Below, in pieces: positions 11,770-24,258 of a stretch of 64,000 nucleotides of DNA; within the stretch, counting starts at the first letter, position 1; the number at the start of each line of letters is the position of its first letter. The stretch comes from Leucoraja ocellata (Eukaryota): positions 310,001-374,000 of the forward strand of contig JAWMAR010000201.1 of the NCBI GenBank assembly GCA_036785375.1, in the 5' to 3' direction. The notes beneath the pieces are model-generated. The model searched no databases and was not told the origin of the DNA. It saw nothing but the letters and a program-made list of their open reading frames with translations. Both the position numbers and the translations under genes were made by a program.

Positions 11770-12580
11770 CTGATGTTGCGGCAGAGAGAAGAAAGATGAG
11801 TAAAGGAGATCCTTGTGGGACCCTCAATACCCAACACCCCGTCTCCAACAGCCACAAGTGAACTTTAACGATCCCAGCTCATTTCCACCCACCAGTTTAA
11901 CTCTTCCCTCCTCTTCACTTCAGTTCAGCGAGTTGTTGCTTTACGAAGTCCACACGTGATGCGCCCCCTTCCCAACTACTGACCGCAATTATCCACCAAC
12001 TCTCCACCATCTCCTGTTTATGTAGTGTATCATAAGTGATAGGAGTAGAATTAAACCATTTGGCCCATCAAATCTACTCCGCCATTCAATCACGGATGAT
12101 TGAAGCTAGGGATACTATCCAGATGCAGGGTTTTTTTTTCACTTCTGCAAATGGTCCCTGTGTCCCTTATGCACCTGAGTGTGACCCAGCCCAGACCGGT
12201 CCTGAACCTGGTCCTAGAGTGTGAGCCCTGGGACTGTGATGGGCACAGACCCAGACTGGGATAGTGTGCCATGTTCCAGAGTGAATCCAGCATCATGCAG
12301 ATCCTGGGTCTCACACCGTCTCCCCCACAGAGACTGAAACAGCTCACAAATTGGGGGTGTAAATAGGAAGTTATTCCCAGTCTTGTGATGGGACACATTC
12401 TGAGAGGGGAACCTACGAGTCAGAATGGAGAAAATGTCAAAAGGGACAGAGCAGAGATCTGGGGCTGCAGAGTCACCCTCACTGAAAACAGATACATGGG
12501 CAGAGAAATCACTGTACAGTCCTTGTGGAGACAAGTCTGGTCTTCACACCGAACGCTCATCCCCATCATAATGTGTAGTA

Positions 12581-13923
12581 CAGGTGCACAACCTTTTATC
12601 CGAAATTCCAAATAATGAAAAGCTCCGAATAGCGGACATTTTTTCGGTCCTTGAAGAAAGGTCCTTGAAGACGTTCACCGAGGGCGGCCCGCAGAGGTGA
12701 CAGCGGAACCTCCGGTCGGTCCTCGAAGAAAGGGGAACTTAATCCCAATTCATAAAAGAGAAGGTGAGGGTATATTAAGCGGGAGGGTTAATAATTGACA
12801 ATCTGCTGCTGCCTGCCCGCTGAGTTAAAAAGTTCCCACAGTAGACTCACGATACACAGTGTATCGTGAGTCTTGCGTGGGAACTTTTTAACTCAGCGGG
12901 CAGGCAGCAGCAGAATGTCGCTCCCTTCAGTTTCACCCCACATACACCCCTCTGCTTCCCGGCCATGTGTGTGACCCCTTCCCTCCCCTCTCCAGCTCCC
13001 CGCCCATTGCACCGACGCGGGGGCTTTGCACTGTCTTCACGTCGGCGATGCCAGCAGGTCAGTGCCAGTCACCGGAGACGTCAGGACCAACGGGACACCG
13101 ACCCCCAGGCCCACTGCAAGCACGGAGATCCCAGAGACCCACAGCCAGCAGCAGCCCAGCCCCGTTCCAACTCCAGAAGAAAATTGCAAACTGGCCGGAG
13201 ACGTCAGGACCACCAGAAGCCGCTCCCCGATGGGCCGCTATGGCGACAAGTGGCAGTTCATCCACAGCCCGAGCAGCGCCCCCTCATCGGGACACCGAAC
13301 CCCAGGCCCACTGCAATCACGGAGATCCCAGATCAGCAACTCCAGCCCAGCCCCGCTCCAACTCCAGAGGAACACGCTCCCCGTAGGGGCAGAAGCTGAT
13401 GGTGTGCAAGGTACATCTTGTTCGTGGGGTGGCGTAACTCGGGCTGTGGGCGAACTGCCACTTGTCGCCGTAGCGGCCCATCGGGGAGCGGATTCCTCTG
13501 GAGTTGGAGGGGGAGGGGGTATTGTGCTGTTTGCTCGTCCCCTGCTATTCCAGGGACAGGGAGACACAGCGGCTTTTGAGAATGGTGGGCAATCACTTCC
13601 AACGTTCTGCCCACACAGTCAGTACACCTCTCCTACACTTGTCTCCTGCACTAAGATCATCTCGCAGAGAATGATCCCAGCCTAACCCTCCCTATTCTCT
13701 CCTATTCTGCAAGAAAAAACTACATTGAAGACTCAAACTCGTGATCGAGTAACTGCCGGGATCGAGGCGCAAACTCGCAACCTTGCGGATATGAGCCGAG
13801 CACTCTACCACTGAGCCAGCCGTTAAAATCTACACTAAAAATCTTTCATTCCGAAAGCCGAAAAATTCCGAATTACGAAAAGTCTCTGGTCCCAAGGCTT
13901 TCGGATAAAAGGTTGTGCAGCTG
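12581..13923. mobile_element. Non-autonomous Tc1/mariner-superfamily (Tigger/pogo-like) DNA transposon
   Basis: 25-bp TIR CAGGTGCACAACCTTTTATCCGAAA / TTTCGGATAAAAGGTTGTGCAGCTG; TA TSD at 12579-80 and 13924-25; empty site in the paralogous unit near 10024. Confidence 0.92.
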
Positions 13924-15729
13924 TACCTACAATTGTGCTCAGTGGGAGAGACTCAGAAGAGATCATGCAGCTGACAACTGGGGTCCATGCGGTCCTGTGG
14001 ACAGCAGCAGTCTGTAACCTCATGGTTCACATCACCATTCCTGTCACCGAGGGGGTCAACCCTGGTTCACTGAGGAGCGCAGAGGACATGAGGAAGCAGC
14101 ACCAGGTGGAGATACACATAACGAGGTGCCAGCCTGGTGAAGCTGCGACAGAGGACAACATGGGAGCTCATCAGCAACAACAGCCGCAAAAAAAGAGCTG
14201 AGGGACCTCGCAGCCTTTGGCTCGGTCAAAGCTCTACAGTCCTACTTACTACATCTGAACATGAATAGTGGTGGACAATTCAACAGCTCATCGAATGCAG
14301 CAGCCAAAATAGCATCCCCACCCTCAGCGATAATGTGACCCAGCATGTGAGTACTGGAGACAAGGCTGATCATTTACAACCTCGATCAGTCAGAGTGCTG
14401 AAGTGGATAATCTCTGTTCTTCTGAGATCCTACCGTCACAGAAACCAGTTACCAGACAATTTAGTTGACTGAATGCAAGATCATGTTTATAAGTTATAGG
14501 AGCAGAATTAGGCCATTTGGCCCATCATGTCTAGGTCGCCATCTAAATCACAGTTGATCTATCTTTCCCTCAAACTCATTCTCCTGCCTTCTCCCCATAA
14601 CCTCTGACACCTGTACTAAAGAATATATCACTCTCCGCCTTAAAAATATCCATTGACTTGGCCTCCAAAGCCTCCTGTGACAGATTCATCACCTTCTGAC
14701 AAAATTAATTCCTCTTCATCTCCTATCTAAAGGTACTATATGTCCTTTTATTCCGAGGCTATGGCCTCGGGTCCTGGACTCAATCATTAATGGAAACATC
14801 TTCTTCACATCCAGTGTATCCAGGTAACAGCAGAGGGCCGCTATACATACCCAGCTCCAGGCAACATCCCAGCTATAGTACGTAGTGAAGACATGTACTC
14901 CTGAAGTCGGGGCACGTCTGGCCAAGTTGTTTTTGCAACATTGGCATCCAGTGACAATGAAAAATTGCCCTCATGTCTGCTGTTCAAAAACAGGATGAAT
15001 CCAATCAGCTGATCACCTTCCAATTGATCTACTCTAGATCAGCAGCAAAGTAAGAGAGGAGCTATTGGTGACACTTTTCTCATGCAATAACCTGCTCACT
15101 GAAGTTGAAGATCTTATCTGAAGATCTCATCACGGCTTTGGTCCAAGACTGCAACGAAGAGCTGAGTTGCAGAGGCTGACTGTCCTCAACATCAACGCAT
15201 TGTTTGACTGAGTGACATTAGGGAGCCCTTATAAAACTAAAGTCAATGAACATCCAGAGGTTAACACTCTGACATGTAGCCACACCTCACACGGAGGAAG
15301 ATGGTTGTGGTCATTGGAGGTCAGTCAACCCAGCCACAGGTCATCACTGCAGGTGTTCCACAGGGCAGTGTCCTGGGCCCAACCAGCTGCTTCATCAATT
15401 ACCTGCCTGGCATTGCAACATTTGATTGATGATGGCACAATGTTCAGTTCCATTATCAACTCAACTGCATGCAGCAGGACCCAGAGAACATTCAGGCAGG
15501 GGCTGATAAGTGGGAAGTTTGCAACCACGTAATGGAAGTGTCAGCAGGAGACAGCCCAGTGCTTGAGACTCAATGATTCTCCCAGCAGCAAGTCCCACAT
15601 CATCAAAACAACGGAACAGCAACTCAACAATACTAATCACACATACTCTGTGGCTATTGGAGAAAGTTTGAGGATGGGTATCCCGTAGGAGTGAATCACT
15701 TCCTGACACCCTGACCTTTCCCCGTCTAC

Positions 15730-16177
15730 AGGGCATGCGTCTAACGCGACCAAACATGGTCGCTTGAGGCGTACGGCCGCGCGGGTCCCACTTCGAACTG
15801 CTGAGGCGTATGGAGTTGTGCGGGACTGGTCCGGACATCATACTCGCCAATCAGCTGGGCAGGCGGGCCGACTGAATTTGGACGTCGTACGGCGTCGGGC
15901 GGTGACGTCATCAAACAGCAGCACACCGGGTGGTGACATCATCACGCAATGCCACGCGCTAGGAGTGCGCCGTCAAGCCGCTGCATACGCCATCAATCCA
16001 CCTGCGGGCCAACAGGCCGTTGGCGCGCGGAATTTTCAACCATTCCGCGGGATTTTCGGAGCCCTGCGCGATATCGGGACCAGCCCCACACAACTCCATA
16101 CGCCTCCGCGGTTGAAGTGGGTCCAGCCCCGCGCGGCGGTACGCCTCAAGCAATCGCATGCTGGTGGGACAAGCCCT
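15730..16177. mobile_element. PIF/Harbinger-like MITE, left end degenerate
   Basis: Right end GGTGGGACAAGCCCT followed by TAA; long internal inverted repeats (GGCGTATGGAGTTGTG / CACAACTCCATACGCC); CpG-rich. Confidence 0.55.
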
Positions 16178-16896
16178 TAAAGGAACGTGACCTTTCCTCA
16201 TTTACAGGACATGTCAGGAGTGTAAGGGAACACTCTTCAAATATCTGGGTGAGTGCAGCTCCAACATCTCTCGAGAAATTTTCATCACCTGCAACTGAAG
16301 CAGCTGCTTAGTCAGATCCCTACCCACTTCCCAAAATACTCCCACCCTCCATCAGCCTAAGTACTTCCTCCCCCATCCTAATATCATCCTTCTGCCACTC
16401 TAAACACTCCCACCACCACCCCAAGCATTCCCTCTGTCCAATCCCTAAACATTCCATCCCTCTATGGAATGGGATAAAGAAGGGTCTCGACCCAAAACAT
16501 TGCCTATTTCCTTTGCTCCATAGATGCTGCCCCACCCGCTGAGTTTCTCCAGCATTTTTGTCATCCCTCTATCAATGTGGGTGGTGTGTATGTAATCCAG
16601 AAAATTCACCCGGGAGCCTGGAACAAATTCCTTCCTCATGGAGCAGTGGGAACGTGGGAACCGTTGACGGTTCGATGCTTCACGGCCCCTGGCCCAATGA
16701 CCGGGGATGTGGTGCGCCTGTCCCCCAGCCTAGCACTGCCCCAGTCCCACTACACTGGGACCGTGACGCCCACTCTACATACTGGCATTCAGTGGGGTTC
16801 AGTAAACTGGGGAACGCACAGGATCTGCCCTCGCCCATTAATTAGAGCGGTTCAGGAGCCGGTGAAAGCCGGAACATCCGCGGCAGTCTCACTCAC

Positions 16897-17753
16897 TAGC
16901 AATGTTACAAAATTTTGAGATTTTAAAAATCAAGTCTGCAATTTATCCCATCAGATAAAGCATAACAATAAGTTTAATTTGACACCAAATTCACTTTCAT
17001 ATCTCAAGTATTAAAAAAGGTATGGCCATTTTCATACTCGGAAATTAGCATCTTGTTCCCTATTGATTTTCAATGGACATTACAAATAAGCTGTGATCGT
17101 AGACAGTCAAAAGCCCATTTCTTAAGGAAAGATTAACATTTTTAAATAGCCTAAGTGTCCAAAGATTATTCACAAATAATTCACAATATAACATGATTTT
17201 TATATCTAATTTACATTAATTTATAGGCCAAATGGAAGGAATTTAGTGTTCAATTGCTGTAAATAAATGCCCATTTAAATCGGCTTTCTAGTGGGTTCAT
17301 GTGAACGCGCTGGTTTAGAACGTTCGCATCGCGCTGGATTAGTGCCCTCAAATGCCGAGAAAAATACTGCGGGATATAAAAAGCCCAAAATGAACTACTC
17401 GCTATAACTTTAATTACAGGGTTATATACATGCCCCATTTAATGTAAAAATAAGGTACATACCTTTAATTGTTTGCTTTATAAAACCCTGGGGCTGCGAG
17501 AGGTTGCGGAGTGAGACAGTAATTTTAAAACTATTATAACTATTATTCGAGGCCTATAAAACTAATAATACCTTTTGCGACCCGGTCTTGCAGCGATTTT
17601 TCGTTAATGATTTACTAGGCTGAACATCTGCGATTAGAACAGCCTAGTAAAAATCGCGTTTTAAACCCGCCCCCTCCAAACAGCGCCAAAATCGCGGACA
17701 TGGCTTTGGGCAGATTCCCAATGACAATTCAGGTAGGTTTTGTAACATACCTA
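16897..17753. mobile_element. Non-autonomous DNA transposon with TAG...CTA ends and 3-bp TSD (Academ-like)
   Basis: Imperfect TIR TAGCAATGTTACAAAA / TTTTGTAACATACCTA; CAC duplicated at 16894-96 and 17754-56. Superfamily inferred from termini and TSD length only. Confidence 0.7.
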
Positions 17754-17760
17754 CACTCAC

Positions 17761-18078
17761 CGTACACCTCCAGTCGGACTCCCGCTGAAGTTGTAACTCC
17801 TGAACTTGTAATAACAACCACCTGGTAATCACCAGCATCATCTCTCCGTAGACCACGGATTTCCAGACTGAAGTTCCCGCGGTGAAGAGTTACCCGTCCA
17901 TTGTAATTGGTGGTATAGTATTTAATATTCTCAGCCGAGTACTTGGCTATCTTGGTGCTGGCTGATGTCCGGCTCCACTCAACGCTGCCAACATCCGGTG
18001 TGACTGTGATCCCAGCAGGTAAGGAGACCGAGTGTCCCCGAGCTCCAGTCACGGTGCCAGCGGCGGCCCCAGTCCCAG
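17761..18078 (-). CDS. SLAM/CD2-family receptor, Ig V-set exon
   Basis: 318 bp, CTCCTCAG acceptor, TACG|GTGAGT donor, phase 1/1. Motifs GHSVSLP, VEW, YNGRVTL..NFSLEI..LRRDDAGDY, LEVY; no B/F-strand Cys, as in CD2/SLAM N-terminal domains. Confidence 0.92.
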
Positions 18079-19039
18079 CTGAGGAGACAAGAGAGGCAGT
18101 CAGCAGGAGAGCTCGGTGACTGGAGGAGGAATCGGAGCTGGGAGAATCACAGAGCACAGGAGTAGGCCATGGGGCCCATCGTCTGTCTCCAGGCTCTGTG
18201 AGAGACCCGGCCCACAGTTCCTACATCACATAGTGAGCCCACGGGGGGAACAGAGTGAAGACTTTCTGCACCGGGGCCGAGGAAAGAAGTTACTGCCTGC
18301 AGCCAGATATAGACGGATGGGTCAGGGGGAACAGACACGGCAAATGGGATCTGGTCTGAAAAGTAGCGATGGGGTGAGTTTGGAGAGAGTGAACATGGTG
18401 GAGGAACGGGGTAAATAGGACTTTGTGTGTGTGTGTGTGATATGGGGGGGGGGGGGGGGACAAGGAGCGGACCCTTGGAGTGCACTTATACAGATCTCTA
18501 AAAGAGGAAGTGAGGACAGGTGGGTGACTGAATACCACACAAGCAACTGGATCAAAAGGTGAGAGCACACGATCCAGGGAAAATTGGCAAATCGGATGCA
18601 AATTTATCTGGGTGATTGGAGGCAGAAGATATTGGGAGAGGGTTGGTTTTGTTATTGGAACCCTGTGACCAGTCGTGTACTGCAGGGATTGTTGTTGTGA
18701 TTCTTACTGCCCGACTACAGTAAAAAGGAGGTTGAAGTTTGCAGATGACACAAAAAAAATCAGTGGTGTCATTGATCGGAGCATAGTCATAGACTGCAGA
18801 ATATACTGTTCAATTGTTAAGATGGGCAGAGCGATTACAGGTGGAATTTGCGCCTAATAAGTGCAAAATTAGATATTTTGGGAAGAGTTATAAAATTAGG
18901 ACATATTAAGAATGGTAGGATCATAAGCAGTGTCGAAACACAGAGGGATCTTGATATACTCGTCCAATGATCTCTACTGGTAGTAGCACAGGTGGATATG
19001 GTGGTGAAGGTATACGGAATATTTTCCTTAATTGATTGG

Positions 19040-19545
19040 ACATAGGTTCACCTGCACTTTGTCTAACCTCATCCACTGCATCTGGTGTTCCATGTTGCCT
19101 CTTTTACATCAACAGGATGCAGCATAGATTAGGCAACCATTTTACCGAGCACTAGCGCTGGGTCTGCCAAGGCCTGCTGCATCTCTTGGCTGCTAACTAT
19201 TTTTAAATCCCATGGGCCTTTCTGTCCTGTTCCTCCTCCATTGTCAAAATGAGGCCACATGCAAGCTGGAGGATAGCACCTCAAATTCCACCTGTGTAGC
19301 TTACAACCTAATGGTATGAACATAGAATTCTCCAATATTAGGTAACTGTTCTGTCCTGGCCGCTGTTCTTTTCCACATTATCCCCGCACACCCCATTTCC
19401 CAGCACAATCAGTCTGGAGGATGGGTTCCAAGACAAAATGTCACCTATCCATGTTCACCAGAGATGCTGCCCGCAGCAGTTACTCCAGCACTTTATATCT
19501 TTGGTTCTTTTTTTAGTAAACCAGAATTTGCAGTTCCTTATATCT
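19040..19545 (+). mobile_element. Degraded Penelope-like element (GIY-YIG remnant plus terminus) inside old CR1 fragments
   Basis: TCTLSNLIHCIWC...RLGNHFTEH-type remnant followed by the terminal motif. Confidence 0.65.
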
Positions 19546-20360
19546 CCATACCAGAAGTGTCAGAGGTTATGGGGAAAAGGCAGGAGAATGGGGTTAGGAG
19601 GGAGAGATAGATCAGCCATGATTGAATGGCAGACTAGACTTGATGGGCCGAATGGCCAAATTCTATTATAATTTCCGACCTTATGACTATAGATCTTCTT
19701 TACGCTTGATCTACTTGTGTTGTCACTTTCGGGGAGTTGCGCATTTGAACCCCAAGATCCCGCAGTACATCAATACTGTTAAGAGTCTTGCAATTAACAA
19801 TATACTTTTCCCTTACATTGGCCTTCCCAAAATGTAGCACCTCACCCTTGCTTAGTTAGATCCAACCACCTGCCATTTCACTGCTCATTTCTGTAGTTGA
19901 TCTATATTCTGCTGTAATCTTTGACACCTTCCTCACTATCTGCAACTCCACCAATATAAAACGTTATATATAATATTAAACACCCAACACACATCCTTTT
20001 GGAACTCCATTGGTTACAGACCTCCAGCCAGAATAACACTCTTCCCCCACAACCTTCTGCCTTCTATGAGTGAGCCAGTTCTGAATCTGAATGTCCAAGT
20101 CACTGTTGATCCCATGAATCTTAAATCAGGCACTTCAGCCCAGTGCTACGAAACTACCTGGCTTAACACCTCTCAATTCCAAACACCAACCATTTGCTGG
20201 TGAAAAAGCTCTTCATTTATTGTGTATTCCCAACCTTGTTTTGCCTCTCCAAACATTTCAGCCCACACCTCTCTGGAGTAAACTTAATTTCCCTGCCCAG
20301 CTGACCAGATTTCTCCTCCTCAGTTCTTCTTTCTCCTCATTGTCAACGACACATAATTTT

Positions 20361-20505
20361 NNNNNNNNNNNNNNNNNNNNNNNNNNNNNNNNNNNNNNNN
20401 NNNNNNNNNNNNNNNNNNNNNNNNNNNNNNNNNNNNNNNNNNNNNNNNNNNNNNNNNNNNNNNNNNNNNNNNNNNNNNNNNNNNNNNNNNNNNNNNNNNN
20501 NNNNN
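20361..20505. other. Assembly gap in intron 1 of the receptor gene
   Basis: Ns in sequence. Confidence 1.
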
Positions 20506-21239
20506 TCCTCCTCCGTTTGCGTGTGCGTGCGAGGAACTGTCTCTGCTGTGTTGTGCCATTCTGTTATTAGACAGTTCACTTGGAGTTGGAGTTCATTACT
20601 GTTATCTATCAGAGCTGATGGTCTGAATGCCCAGAGCCCTGTTGGTCAGAAGCTGCTGTCTGGGTGCAATGAGCTGGTTCTGATAGGGAGGGTGTTTGGT
20701 CAAACATTGCATCAAATGGAGGCAGGAAGTGGTTCAGCCTCAGAACACTTTGTTGAACAAGAAGTATGTGAAGCGAAAAATAGAGCTGGACTGCGGATGT
20801 AAAGCGAGAGTAGTGGAATGGTGGAGGGCGGGAGGGGGAGGGAGGGGGGGGGGGCAGGGAGAGAGAGAGAGATAGCGAGGCACAAATGGCAATACAATGT
20901 TAACTGCAGAGCGGTTTGTGGAGATGTCAGGAACCAGCAGAAAGAGACAGAACTGGGGAAAGAGGCACAGAAATAGGGTCAGTGAGAGAAGGAGTGTTAG
21001 GTTAGAGAGCGAGATAAAGAGAGATAACATCAGCAGAATGTAAGAGGGGCTGTGAATGACAGAGAAAGGGACAGAATGAGAAACCAGTTTGTCCCACCTT
21101 TATGACAGTGTGGCAGCATTTGGGATAGCATAAAGCCAGGAAATGACCACAATGGGTTGAATGGCCCTTATATGCACCGAAAACCTGCACAAGCCTCACA
21201 CTCATTGATAACCAGTTGATCATTAATATCTGTACTTAC

Positions 21240-21306
21240 CTACACAGAAGGCGATGAGGGATGCACAGAGCAGGGAGGGGATCCTCCTCAAAGAAAAGTG
21301 CCACAT
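21240..21306 (-). CDS. SLAM/CD2-family receptor, signal-peptide exon
   Basis: ATG at 21306; MWHFSLRRIPSLLCASLIAFCV; perfect G|GTAAGT phase-1 donor joining in frame to the V exon (..FCV-A-GTGAAAG). Confidence 0.85.
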
Positions 21307-22924
21307 CTTGAAGTGATGTTTCAGCGCTGCAAGATTTAATAAGAGTGAAAAGATCAGGAACTGACTCCTCCTCAGACCCGCCTGTGATAGGGTAATAGGC
21401 AGCATGTTCTGCATGTGACAGAGGATACATACAGAGAAGAAACACGTTACACTGACCTCTTCCGTACCAACATTCTGACTTGTTTTTCATTTTGTTTTAA
21501 TTAGAATCTCTCATCTCGGTCTCTATGCATCGGTTGCTCTCTCATTCTCATGGCCCCCATTTTTGTGACTCTCTACATATGTGACTCTACATCATTGCAT
21601 GTAACTCTCCATACACACATCCACACAGTCCTGTTCTCTCTCTCCGTTTCTTTTTTACTTCCAGTCTCTCTTTTTTCAAAGACATTATTCAGCACAAATG
21701 CATAATACATCACATCAAAAACACAATCAGAGGTTACAATACATCAAGTAATCATTATGGTACAATGATGCGTTCATTATTTACCAATCCTCTCAACCCC
21801 ACGCGGTGACCAGCACCCACGGAAGGCCTCCAGAGTCCCCGTGGACACCGTATGTTCCCTCTTCAGCGACACACGTGCACGGACGTAGGCCCAAAAGGGG
21901 CAGGCAGCCGACTCTAGCCTGACCATTGACCACCCGCTGCCTGGCCCAGGAGCAAACCGACAGGGAGGTGTGTGTTCCCCCCACGATCGGCTCTCCCCAC
22001 TCCCTGCCTTGTGTCGAAACACTAGAATCATGGGACTAAAATGCAACCAAAACTTGAGGAACAACCCCTTCACAAATTGGTACAGGGGCAGTAACTGCTC
22101 ACACTCCATATACGCGTGGAACGTCCCTCTTCTAACGGGAGACTCAGGACCGCTGTGAAAACCAAGTGCTTCCTATTTCCCCAAATTAAATCCACCAGCT
22201 TCTTTCTGTAAAGCAGTTACAACGATAGAGGGCGGGACAAGTGTAGCTAGCCGGTACCATAACATGGAGGCCACCAGCTGGTTTATGACCAGCACCCTCC
22301 CCTGAAAAGAAAGAACAAGCAGGCCTGACCAGCGTCCCAGCCGGGTGGCACATTTCATCTCCAGCTCCAGCCAGTTCCTCAGTGCGACTCGGGTACACCA
22401 CCAGATGGAGGAGGTGTGTGGTGCTCCACGCATATAATGTCACCGCCGGCAGGGTGTCTATCTGCCACTGACCCACTAAAAGTCCAGAACACTCACTCCA
22501 GTTAATCCCGGAGATGACGCGGCCAAGAAAACCTTTTGGCTGTCACACATCCTCTGCAGGTCACCAGGATCAGTGAACGTAAGGAGTACATCATCGGCAT
22601 AAACCGAAAGAACCACCTCCACCCCTGGACATGGTAGAGCTAGGCCTGTCAACCGCCTCCGAAGAAGACACAGGAATGGCACCACACAGAATACAACTGA
22701 CCAGACTTGGGGCACCCCTGACGAACCCCCCTCCCAAAATGAATGGGAGCCAACAACACACCATTAACCTTCACAAGACACTCCACTGCAGCATACAAAA
22801 GCCGGACCTGGGCTACAAAATGCGGTCCAAACCCGAACGTTTGCAACGTCCCGAAGAGGTATTCATGCTCTACTCTGTCAAAAGCCTTCTCCTGATCAAG
22901 AGACAGAAAAGCAGCTGACTGACC

Positions 22925-23730
22925 AGTACTGACCAGGTAGGCGGCGCGACTCTGGTCAGCAGCGGCCACTGCAGCCTGTCCGCGTTTTAATTATTTTTTG
23001 TCTGTGTTTTTATGTAGTTTTTGTTATTTTATGTTGGGGTGTGTGTGTGGGGGGGCGGGGGTGGGGGTGGGGTGGGAGGGGGGGGGAAACTTTTGCATCT
23101 CTCCCTGCACTGGAGACCCGACTTTTTCTCGTCGGGCCTCAGTTGTCGTTGGGGCCGCAACGAGGAGCGGCCTCCAACAGGAAGAAGCCGGGGACTCCGG
23201 TGCCGACTCACCTCACCGTCGCGGAGCTGGCCGAGACCGGAGCGGGTGGAGCGGTGGAGGAGCGCTGCCGCTGCCGCTGCTGCTGCCGCTGCCGCTGCTG
23301 CTGCTGATGCGGAGGCTCCAACGACAGGTCTGTGGACGGCGGCACCGGGAGCCCGCGGCTCCCTGGAGGGAGACCGCTTTTCGGGGCTCCTGCAACGGCG
23401 ACTTCTCCCGCCCGAGTTGCGGGGTCGAAGAGCTCCTGGAGCGGGGCCTAACACCACTGACCCGGCGTGGCTTTAATGGCCGCGGGACAATCGCCATCGC
23501 CAGCCGGGGGCTTTGACTTTGACTCTGACATCGGGGGGGGGGGGGGGGGGGAGAGTGCAGTGGAGAGATAAGTTTTTTTGGCCTTCCATCACAGCTATGT
23601 GATGGATGTTTATGTAAAATGTAATTATGTTGTGTCTGGGGTCTATTTGTGTGTAATGTATGGCTGCAGAAACGGCATTTCATTTGGACCTCCAGGGGTC
23701 CAAATGACAAATAAATAGACTATTGACTAT
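22925..23730 (+). mobile_element. Non-coding retroposon with Rex1/Babar-type tail, nested in the Tx1 RT
   Basis: TGACC duplicated at 22920-24 and 23731-35; removal restores HLAQGQSAAFLSLDQEKAF. 3' stem-loop, then AATAAA and a (GACTATT)2 tail. Confidence 0.8.
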
Positions 23731-24258
23731 TGACCCTGTGCTAGATGAATCAGGTCCCTAACCAGGTGGATGTTATCCTGAATGGACCGGCCAGGGACTG
23801 CATAGGACTGGTCAGGGTGAATCAGTTGAGACAACACAGAGCCCAGGCAATTTGCCATCGCCCGTGCAAAAACTTTGTACTCTGTACAGAGGAGAGAGAC
23901 TGGACGCCAGTTCTTCAACATGCGGAGTTCGCCCTTCTTGGGCAGCAAGACCACGACTGCCCTACGCCACGAGAGGGGCATCTCCCATCGCCAGGCTCTC
24001 CCCCAGAACCTTCATGTAATCACCCCCCAGGATATCCCAGAAGGCTCTAACAAATTCTACCATCCAGCCCAGGGGACTTGCCCCTCCTGAGCTGGTGCAG
24101 GGCACGTCAACTTCTCCAATGATAATGGGTCATCAAGAAGTTCGGACACCTCCCTATCTACTGTCGGTAGAAGCTCCCACAGGCCCTGCTGAGCCTCCCC
24201 GCTGAATTCATCTGCGGAGAACAGGGACCCATAAAAGGACCAGACTAAAGCACTGTTC

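Larger units (their letters stand above)
10607..14120. repeat. Tandem segmental duplication unit A (contains C2 exon A and a TA-TSD transposon)
   Basis: Colinear with 7752-10232. Confidence 0.9.

Noticed and set aside
12866-13685. Overlapping 140-220 aa ORFs as a transposase
   Set aside because: No HTH or DDE motifs; GC-rich internal repeats of a non-autonomous element.
13753-13822. Functional tRNA-Met gene
   Set aside because: T-loop is degenerate (TTTGCGC), the acceptor stem is unconvincing, and it is embedded in a DNA transposon.
20521-20802. 93-aa plus-strand ORF in intron 1
   Set aside because: No recognisable domain or splice partners; borders an assembly gap.
22998-23710. Poly-Ala/Ser/Leu ORFs
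   Set aside because: GC-rich (GCT/GCC)n low complexity inside a nested retroposon; all frames open by composition.
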